Source: Candidatus Eremiobacteria bacterium (GTDB lineage: Bacteria > Vulcanimicrobiota > Vulcanimicrobiia > Vulcanimicrobiales > Vulcanimicrobiaceae). Taken from it: a stretch of 64,000 nucleotides of DNA. The position numbers and the translations under genes are program-made. This document shows, in pieces, positions 56,823 to 64,000 of this stretch. The stretch covers positions 2,272,001 to 2,336,000 of the forward strand of contig CAVTRC010000001.1 in assembly GCA_963737065.1 (NCBI GenBank), given 5' to 3'. The notes under the pieces are model-generated. The model saw only the letters and a program-made list of their open reading frames with translations. It had not been told where the DNA came from and made no database searches. The stretch's first letter is position 1; each line of letters begins with the position of its first letter.

Positions 56823-59800
56823 TGTTTGCACGGAAGCTGCGCGGCGTTGTTGCGGGTGTATCGATCTTTCTTGCCGCGATATCGATCGGTCTTGCGCAAG
56901 TGCGGCCGCCGAGTCCGGTAGTTCACGGCGGGCAGCGGACCGTTCCGCGCCCGCTGATCACGGCATTGCCGCTTCCGGGTGCGACACCGGCTCCGGGCGC
57001 GACATCAACTCCCGCCTCGCATTTCGGTGCTCCGCTAAAAGGGTCGGGACGCGAGTATCCGGCTGGGACACGCGTCCCGCTTGCGGACCTTCCACGTCTG
57101 CCGATGAAAGCGTTGATTCCGACGATCAAAGCAAAATCGTATAGACAGCGGCATCCCTTCGCGCAGACCGGTGTAACGATCAACATCGTTTCGAGTACAT
57201 GCGCGAATCTCGTCGGCGATCTGTTCCCGACCGGCTGTAATCTGACGTTCAAAGCGGCAAGTTTGGCCGCCGGGAAGTACCAAGACTACGAGATCGCCCC
57301 GAACGCGACAACAGCGACGGCGGTCGGCGCTTCCTATACCAACACCGATTCGAATCGTACGATCGCTCTTACGAACGCCGGAGTCTACACGCTCGGCGTC
57401 TATGACGTAAACAATAACGATTGGGTCGCAGTCGTGTACGTCAACGCCGGAAACCCGGTGTTGCTGAAGGTCTATCAAGATCCGTACTTCTCGGAAGAGA
57501 CGTACCAATTCGATGCGTCGAGCAGCGGTGACGCGTACGTTCACATGACGAATCTTTCGGCGAACGATCTCTACGTCGTCGACATTGAATCGACATCGGT
57601 CCATCCGACGTGTGTTTTTTCCGCGCCGGCGCAAACGTCGATGCCGGCAAACACCCTGTGCAACCCGGGTAATTCGGCGGGAGAAACTGCACCCGGCGGC
57701 GTGCTCTCCGTTGCATGGCCGATCACATCCGCGCTCGGCGCGGGAACGTATTCGATCACGCTGTACGATAAATCCGTATCGCCGGCTCCCGGTCAGCGAA
57801 TCGCGCAAGTGCAGGTTTCGCTGACTGGTTCGAACGGCATCACGATGACGCTCAACGGTAACACGAACGGTTCGAACACGACGGTCAATCCGTCGCCGGC
57901 ACCCGCGGTGGTGCCGCAAGCGGCAACGGTATTCGCGTGGGACGATTCAAGCGAACAGTCCGTGTCCGGCGTTACGCTGGGTGTCGGAAGTTTGAGCGGC
58001 GACAAATATATTTGGTCGATCAACGATCCGACCGGTTATACGGCCGGTAAAGTCGGTCCGGTTACCTTGAATGGCATTGCGAGTCAAGGATTCACGTTCG
58101 GGACGATGGGCATCTACGGCCCGGGCGACTATCCCTCGCGAATCTTCACGGCGGGAATCTACGATTCGACCAGTCAGTCGATGTACGCCTCGCAGTCGTT
58201 CAAGGTCGTCGGCTACAACGCTGAAACCGCGTTCCATACGACGTCGGACGCATCGTCGCTGAGCGTCGCGCAGGGTTCGAACGCGACCGCAACGTTGAAG
58301 TTCACGAATTCCAGCGACCTCAACTACGGCGTTGGAAATGGCGACTCACTGGCCGGCATCGCGTACACGACCGGCCCCGACTTTACACCGCAGTCGGGTG
58401 GGTCCGGCACGGGTGTCGGTGTCATGATGGCGCTGGCCGGGAAGACGCTCGCGCAGTGTGTGATCCCCTCGGGATGCTCGACCACCGTAACGGATCCGAC
58501 GACCGGGTACGTGTGGAGCGTCAACGACTATTGCAGCGACAGCACCGTAACCACCACCGGCGAATGTTACCTGGTGATGTTGCCGCAGAGCAACGGCGTT
58601 TCATTACCGGTCGGTGACACGCTCACGATCCCGAACGTCACGTTTTATAATGCGACCGGCAGCGGTTGCAGCACGCAGTGCCAAGGATCGACGTCGATCT
58701 TGCCCTCGCACGGTGTCAAATGGTCGCGCATCGACACGCAGGAAGCGTTCTTTCCGACGTACTTCCAAAACGGCGCAACCACCTTAACCGGCACCGCGCA
58801 TCTGGCACTCGTGGGCTATCAAAACATCGGCGGCAGCAACAACCGCTTCACGTCGCCCGGCGTGCCGGAAGCGCATCTTTATCAGACACGCACGGTTCAC
58901 GCGACCTATGGATATCACAGTCCTTACGGGCTGACCAGCCAGGACTACATCATCTACGGTCTGACGGTCAATAACGGTGCATCATCTCAAACGATCAAGA
59001 CGGTTGCCGTGGCGCAACCCGGTCCGTTCTCAGGCGCCAACACGTTGAACAACGTCGCCGTCGACTCCAGCTCCAGCGGCAATAACGGCTGGGGTCTCGT
59101 CATCGGCGGACAGGCGCCATGTCAGAACCTCACGGCGGAATACTTCTGCGTCTACGCCAAGGGGACGAACCCTGGCGTCAAGGCGGGCAATTCGGCGACG
59201 ATCTACATCGATCAGAACGTCGCGCCGTTCAATTACGGTTACACCGACTGGGTCGTCTCGTCTGTGAATCCGAACTTCTCGATTACGGCAGACGGTACGA
59301 CGACGGTTCCGGTGAACAGTCCGTCGTTGTCGATCGATACGCTCGCGTTCGCGCAATACGCGCTCGACAGCTCGTCGATGTCGGCTTCGTTCGCACCGGG
59401 CACGGCCGGTCAAGGTGCGACGTCTACCGAAAATATCGTCGTCAGCAATGCATCGACGTCGAGCGATCCCAACCCCGACTACGTCGACGCCATTCTGATC
59501 GGTGTGCCGAACGGCGCGCCCCTCGTGAACGGAAATCCGACCACGTCGAGCACCGGCTGGTCGTACCTCGGGTCGTATAACGCCGGCAGCACGATCTACT
59601 ACTGGTTCGGCGTTTGTCCCAGTCAGTACACGAACGCGAACACGTATCTGCCGCCCGCGGCCACACCGAACACGTCGGTTCAAAACGCGCTGCCTCAATG
59701 TACGGCCGCACAGGAGAACAACTCGCTCGCGCCCGGCGGGACGTTCACCGGCACAATGGTGCTCAGCAACTTAAATAGCCCAAGCGTTAGCGTGCAGATG

Positions 59801-60889
59801 TGGGCGCACGGCGCCAACGGCGACGGCTGGTCGGCGCCGAAGACGATGACGTTGCCGGTATCGACCGTTACCGCGAGCGCCGGCTTCTCGAATGCCGGTA
59901 AATATGGCTCGCCGCCCGCGGTTGCGTCGAACACGGTGCCCACGATTGGCGGCAACAGCGACCCGTTGAACGGCAACTCGTACGTCTACACCGTGAAAAA
60001 CACCACGCAGGCGACGAACATTACGTCCTTCCGCGTACGCATCCCGGGTGTCGACGTCAGCGGAAACAACGCCTACGACGGCTCGAATGCCTGGCACGTG
60101 ACCAATGCAATTCCCACGCTCGGCGGAAACGTCGACGGCTGTACGATCACGAACGCGATTGCTGCGATGGCAGCTACGGCCGCTGGAGCAGACGGTGAAA
60201 TCGACGTCGGAGGAGCGAGCTGCAAATTGAAAGCGGGCGATACGATCACGTTGAGCTTCAGCGCGATCGGGCCCGAAGCGCAATCGGATTCCTATCCGTT
60301 CGATACCTACTGCTTGAACAATACGGCGGGTACGTGCACGGTGACGAACGGTTCGAATGCCGGCGAAAATTGGCTGGGCGACACGCGGGTTCAGGTGCAG
60401 TTGACGATCGGCTTGAACGTCGTGGTGGATCCCAGTAATCCGGGCCCAGGCAGCTCGACACCGGTCATCAGTTGTCCCGGATGTTCGTTCTCCGGTACGA
60501 CGGTCGACGTCGGAACGATTGGATCGAACTCGACGGGCGCGTTTACCGACATCGTTCGCGCGTCGATTTATATCCAGTCGAACACCACGGTGAACTACAC
60601 CCTCTCGGTGTCGGCGAATCAGAATCCGGCGAACAGCACCGGAACGCCGACGAACGAGTTGTTGACCGCGGTCGATCCGTCGAACTCAACGAGCGGTGCC
60701 GGCATCAACTTCGATCAAACCTCGTACGCCGTTGTTCCGACCGCGACTACGATGCAGGTGGCTCACGGTGCGAGCATCACGACGAGGAGCTTGCCGTACG
60801 ACGTTCTGCAAGACTTCCAAGTGTCGATCGGCAACGAATCGATTATGCCGCAGGCGTCGGTCGTTACGTATACGTTGATCGCGAACTAA
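56822..60889 (+). CDS. Large secreted adhesin-like protein (1355 aa) with C-terminal pilin-like domain
   Basis: Signal peptide, S/T/G/N-rich beta modules, 20 Cys in 10 local pairs. Ends GTTVDVGTI...DFQVSI...QASVVTYTLIAN, like the major subunit. Confidence 0.75.
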   Translation: MFARKLRGVVAGVSIFLAAISIGLAQVRPPSPVVHGGQRTVPRPLITALPLPGATPAPGATSTPASHFGAPLKGSGREYPAGTRVPLADLPRLPMKALIPTIKAKSYRQRHPFAQTGVTINIVSSTCANLVGDLFPTGCNLTFKAASLAAGKYQDYEIAPNATTATAVGASYTNTDSNRTIALTNAGVYTLGVYDVNNNDWVAVVYVNAGNPVLLKVYQDPYFSEETYQFDASSSGDAYVHMTNLSANDLYVVDIESTSVHPTCVFSAPAQTSMPANTLCNPGNSAGETAPGGVLSVAWPITSALGAGTYSITLYDKSVSPAPGQRIAQVQVSLTGSNGITMTLNGNTNGSNTTVNPSPAPAVVPQAATVFAWDDSSEQSVSGVTLGVGSLSGDKYIWSINDPTGYTAGKVGPVTLNGIASQGFTFGTMGIYGPGDYPSRIFTAGIYDSTSQSMYASQSFKVVGYNAETAFHTTSDASSLSVAQGSNATATLKFTNSSDLNYGVGNGDSLAGIAYTTGPDFTPQSGGSGTGVGVMMALAGKTLAQCVIPSGCSTTVTDPTTGYVWSVNDYCSDSTVTTTGECYLVMLPQSNGVSLPVGDTLTIPNVTFYNATGSGCSTQCQGSTSILPSHGVKWSRIDTQEAFFPTYFQNGATTLTGTAHLALVGYQNIGGSNNRFTSPGVPEAHLYQTRTVHATYGYHSPYGLTSQDYIIYGLTVNNGASSQTIKTVAVAQPGPFSGANTLNNVAVDSSSSGNNGWGLVIGGQAPCQNLTAEYFCVYAKGTNPGVKAGNSATIYIDQNVAPFNYGYTDWVVSSVNPNFSITADGTTTVPVNSPSLSIDTLAFAQYALDSSSMSASFAPGTAGQGATSTENIVVSNASTSSDPNPDYVDAILIGVPNGAPLVNGNPTTSSTGWSYLGSYNAGSTIYYWFGVCPSQYTNANTYLPPAATPNTSVQNALPQCTAAQENNSLAPGGTFTGTMVLSNLNSPSVSVQMWAHGANGDGWSAPKTMTLPVSTVTASAGFSNAGKYGSPPAVASNTVPTIGGNSDPLNGNSYVYTVKNTTQATNITSFRVRIPGVDVSGNNAYDGSNAWHVTNAIPTLGGNVDGCTITNAIAAMAATAAGADGEIDVGGASCKLKAGDTITLSFSAIGPEAQSDSYPFDTYCLNNTAGTCTVTNGSNAGENWLGDTRVQVQLTIGLNVVVDPSNPGPGSSTPVISCPGCSFSGTTVDVGTIGSNSTGAFTDIVRASIYIQSNTTVNYTLSVSANQNPANSTGTPTNELLTAVDPSNSTSGAGINFDQTSYAVVPTATTMQVAHGASITTRSLPYDVLQDFQVSIGNESIMPQASVVTYTLIAN

Positions 60890-60945
60890 CTGCTGCGCGG
60901 GGCGAGCGAAAGGAACGGGAAGCCGGCCATCGCACAGCAAGAGTC

Positions 60946-61737
60946 GTGAGCGATTCTCCGATCCGCCGCCCCGACCCGTTGACGGTCGCGCTTGACGCCG
61001 CGCGCGAAGCGGCAGCCGTGCTGCTCGATCATGCGCATCGTCCGCTGGAAATTGAAGAGAAAGGCCGTCGCGCGGACATCGTCACCGCAGCGGATCGCGC
61101 AAGCGAAGCGGTGATTTTGCGAACGCTTCGCGCGGCGTTTCCAAACGCGAGCGTCCTTGCTGAAGAGAGTGGCCGGTACGAAGGCACATCGGATGAACGA
61201 TGGGTCGTCGATCCGCTCGACGGCACGACGAACTACGCGCACGGCTATCCGCTCTATTGCGTCTCGATCGGGTTCGAACGCGCCGGCGAACTCCTTGCGG
61301 CGGTCGTATACGTGCCGACGACGAACGAGTGTTTTACTGCTGAACGCGGCGCCGGCGCGCGCCTGAACGACGCGCCTATCTCGGTATCCGACATCGACAA
61401 CGTTGCGCACGCGATGGTGTGCACGGGCTTTCATCCATCGGATTACCCGCGCAACGGCAAGTACTTCGAGGAAATGTCTTTCCATGCGCAGGCCGTGCGT
61501 CGCGACGGCTCGGCCGCGCTCGACTTGGCGAATACGGCGTGCGGAAGATTCGACGGCTTTTGGGAGTGGGATCTCAACCCATGGGACGTTGCTGCGGGGA
61601 CGTTGCTCATCACGGAAGCGGGCGGACGGGTCACGCGTATCGACGGAACGCCCGCGGCGCTCGACGCGCGTTCGATTCTTGCAACGAATGCAAGGATTCA
61701 TGCAGAGATGCAGGGCGTTCTTGCGGCCGTACAGTAA
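60946..61737 (+). CDS. suhB: Inositol monophosphatase family protein
   Basis: DIVTAAD, AEES, WVVDPLDGTTNY, GSAALDL, WDVAAG. GTG start at 60946. Confidence 0.92.
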   Translation: MSDSPIRRPDPLTVALDAAREAAAVLLDHAHRPLEIEEKGRRADIVTAADRASEAVILRTLRAAFPNASVLAEESGRYEGTSDERWVVDPLDGTTNYAHGYPLYCVSIGFERAGELLAAVVYVPTTNECFTAERGAGARLNDAPISVSDIDNVAHAMVCTGFHPSDYPRNGKYFEEMSFHAQAVRRDGSAALDLANTACGRFDGFWEWDLNPWDVAAGTLLITEAGGRVTRIDGTPAALDARSILATNARIHAEMQGVLAAVQ

Positions 61738-61746
61738 GGCTCGAGC

Positions 61747-62179
61747 ATGAACGCACCCACGCTTGCGCGTATCCTAGGGTCGCTCTTTTTCGTTGCCGGA
61801 ATCGCCGGATTTCTTCCGTGGACCGCAGTTGCGGCGCCGCCGGACGCGCCGGTAATTTCGCTCGACGTGCTCTATCGCTTCATCGGCGGAGTGTTGCCGG
61901 TCAATGCTGCAGTGGACGCGTTGTACCTGATCTTTGGCGTGTGGGGAGCGATCGCGGCGATTCGTTTTGGATCTGCCGTCGCATATTGCCGCATCGTAAC
62001 GTGGTTCTATCTTCCTCTCGTCGTACTCGGTGCATTGCCCGTCTTTGCGTTCTACACGCTCTTCGGTGCGGCGCCGATCTTCGGCTGGGACGTTGCGCTG
62101 CACGCATCGCATTGTTGTCGTTGCCGCGTATGGCGGCTACGGTCGTGCTTCGATACCCCTCGAAGCTACGCCGCAATAG
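61747..62179 (+). CDS. DUF4383-like membrane protein (1-bp frameshift at ~62110)
   Basis: GIAGFLP, GVLPVN, GWDVALH. The shifted frame continues IVVVAAYGGYGR to TAG 62177-62179. Confidence 0.65.
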
Positions 62180-63521
62180 GTTCGCGTTCACTCCAGCCGC
62201 CGTCGCGAATCTTCAGCGCGGTTAGCGCGGCGCGCGCGCTCCATGCCATGATCCACGCGACCGGCACGCTGAAGAGCGCGAGATGAAGCCGCTCGATTCC
62301 GAGCCATGTCAACGGTAGAACGAACAGTCCGCATACGATTCCGACCGCCATCGAGAATCTCGTGTCGCCCGCCGCGCGGATTGGTGCGATGCCCACCATC
62401 GCCCACCCTTTGATCGGCATCGTAAGCATGTGCACGGCGAGCGGCAGCGCCGCAACGCTCGCGACGGCTGCATTCATCGTAAACAGAAATGACAGCGGCC
62501 AGGCGCAGACAGCGACGACCGCGCCGGTGAGCGTCGTGACGAGCAGCGTCGTGCGCAGCGCACGGTGCAGAAACATCGTCGCGCCTTCGGCGTCGCGGGC
62601 GCCCAGGCGCTGGCCGATGACCGTCTGCGTAGCGCTTTGCAATGGACCGGGAACGACGAACGTAAGGTCGGATACGACGTTGAGCGCGCGAAACGCGGCG
62701 ATGTAGATTGCGCCGAGCGGGGCGAGCATTGCGACGACCGCCATGTCGGGGCCGACGACCGCGAATCCGAAGACGCTTTCCGGAACGCCGAGCCACGCGC
62801 AACGCAACGCCAAGCGCCAGTCGATGGTAAACTGCGAGAACACCCGGTAGATTGGCTTGCGCGCAACGTAGATCACTGCAACGACCGCGGCGATCGTTTC
62901 CGAAATCAGCGTCGACACACCGGCGCCGACGATGCCATACGGGTGGCCCGTCAGCCACCCGAGCGCGAGCACAAGCACGAGCGGGATGTGAATGATGTTG
63001 ATGATCCCGAGCAAATACGCGCCGAGCTTTCGGTTTCCGGCCGCGCCAAGCCCGACGATCAACGTTGACGAGACATTGAACGGTATCAGTGATGCGCAAC
63101 GAACGATCAAATAGCCGGCGCTCGCATGGACCGAAGCGATGTGCGGCAGCATCAGCGTCAGTAGCGGGCGCGCACCGAAGAACGCAACGATCGTCACCGC
63201 AATAGAAGCGATCATCGGCACAGCGAATCCCGAACGTACCGTGCGTCCGAACCCATCGACGTCATGCGCACCGATGCGCTGAGCGGCGATGATACCGACA
63301 CCGCTCCACAAACCGCCGATCGTCATGATGATCGTGAACGTGACCGTAGTCGCAGCGGTGACGCCGGCGAGCGCAATGGTGCCTAGGTAGCCGATGGCGA
63401 TCGTGTCGACAACGCCGAGAACTTGGTCGCCGAGCATCTGTACGGCAAGCGGAACAGAAAGGCGCCGGAATGCGGCGCCTACTTTCGTGTGATCGACGAC
63501 CATGGAAGAAGCGGGCGTCAT
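62166..63521 (-). CDS. MATE-family efflux transporter
   Basis: VDTIAIGYLG, AQRIGA, GIVGAGVST, IGQRLGA, RAAGDT. About 12 TM helices. Confidence 0.9.
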   Translation of the reverse strand: MTPASSMVVDHTKVGAAFRRLSVPLAVQMLGDQVLGVVDTIAIGYLGTIALAGVTAATTVTFTIIMTIGGLWSGVGIIAAQRIGAHDVDGFGRTVRSGFAVPMIASIAVTIVAFFGARPLLTLMLPHIASVHASAGYLIVRCASLIPFNVSSTLIVGLGAAGNRKLGAYLLGIINIIHIPLVLVLALGWLTGHPYGIVGAGVSTLISETIAAVVAVIYVARKPIYRVFSQFTIDWRLALRCAWLGVPESVFGFAVVGPDMAVVAMLAPLGAIYIAAFRALNVVSDLTFVVPGPLQSATQTVIGQRLGARDAEGATMFLHRALRTTLLVTTLTGAVVAVCAWPLSFLFTMNAAVASVAALPLAVHMLTMPIKGWAMVGIAPIRAAGDTRFSMAVGIVCGLFVLPLTWLGIERLHLALFSVPVAWIMAWSARAALTALKIRDGGWSEREPIAA

Positions 63522-64000
63522 CGCAATCGGTCGAGCACCGCAAAAAAGCGGTCGATCTCCTCATCGGTGGTGTAGAAGTGGGGGCTGACGCGAATTCCGC
63601 AGCCCGGGCGATAGTCCACAAAAACCCGGTCCGCAATCAGTTGGTGGCAAACTCGCTCGGAATCTTCAAAATCGATTCCAATCCAGCCGGTTCGTTTCGC
63701 CGGATCGAGCGGTGAATTTACCGTGAGGTGACGCTCGAGTGCCATGTCGGCGAGCTTCGTCGTTAAACGCACGTTGTGTTCGCGAATATGTGCAACGCCG
63801 ATGCTGCGAATGAGGTCGTGGCCCGGCTTCGCTACGAGATACCCGGGAATCGTCGGCGTGCCGGTTCCGAAGCGATACATTGAAGATGCATATCGAATCG
63901 GCGCGTCTTCGAACGCAAACGGTGCGGCATGCGCCATCCAGCCGGTGACGGCTGGACGGAATCGTTCGAGCAGCGGCGGCTTCACATAAATCCAACCGCA
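63518..64000 (-). CDS. Class V aminotransferase/kynureninase-like protein (5' part outside window)
   Basis: GWIYV, PAVTGWMAH, RFGTGTP, DYRPGCGIRVSPHFYTT. Confidence 0.8.
   Translation of the reverse strand, partial: CGWIYVKPPLLERFRPAVTGWMAHAAPFAFEDAPIRYASSMYRFGTGTPTIPGYLVAKPGHDLIRSIGVAHIREHNVRLTTKLADMALERHLTVNSPLDPAKRTGWIGIDFEDSERVCHQLIADRVFVDYRPGCGIRVSPHFYTTDEEIDRFFAVLDRLR

Overview
GC-rich chromosomal window from a diderm bacterium. Gene style (Pro-rich N-termini on secreted proteins, a TonB receptor alongside M-box and Rex-type elements) suggests Ca. Eremiobacterota/WPS-2, but that is inference only. The core content is: cfa, nagA, a tandem-domain dynamin-like protein, a phosphomannomutase, a CHASE3-PP2C phosphatase, a cobalamin-riboswitch-led btuBCD with divergent btuF-hflX, a CPA1 antiporter, a complete nuoA-N operon behind a perfect Rex/CRP-type palindrome, a hipBA-type toxin-antitoxin pair, a decarboxylase/kinase/GlnA-like/PucR cluster, a PAS-PAS-GAF-GGDEF cyclase, and an M-box-led split MgtE-cytosolic + NRAMP-like transporter. 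The most novel region is about 47.3-60.9 kb. On the minus strand lie two paralogous unknown lipoproteins and an orphan flagellin preceded by a small ORF. On the plus strand lies a six-gene, highly divergent chaperone-usher-like fimbrial operon (usher, major subunit, chaperone, two minor subunits, 1355-aa Cys-paired adhesin). Sigma28-like promoters and CsrA-type CANGGANG sites occur on both arms. At least five single-base frameshifts in otherwise intact genes point to consensus errors in the assembly. No tRNA, rRNA, CRISPR array, integrase or transposase was recognised.
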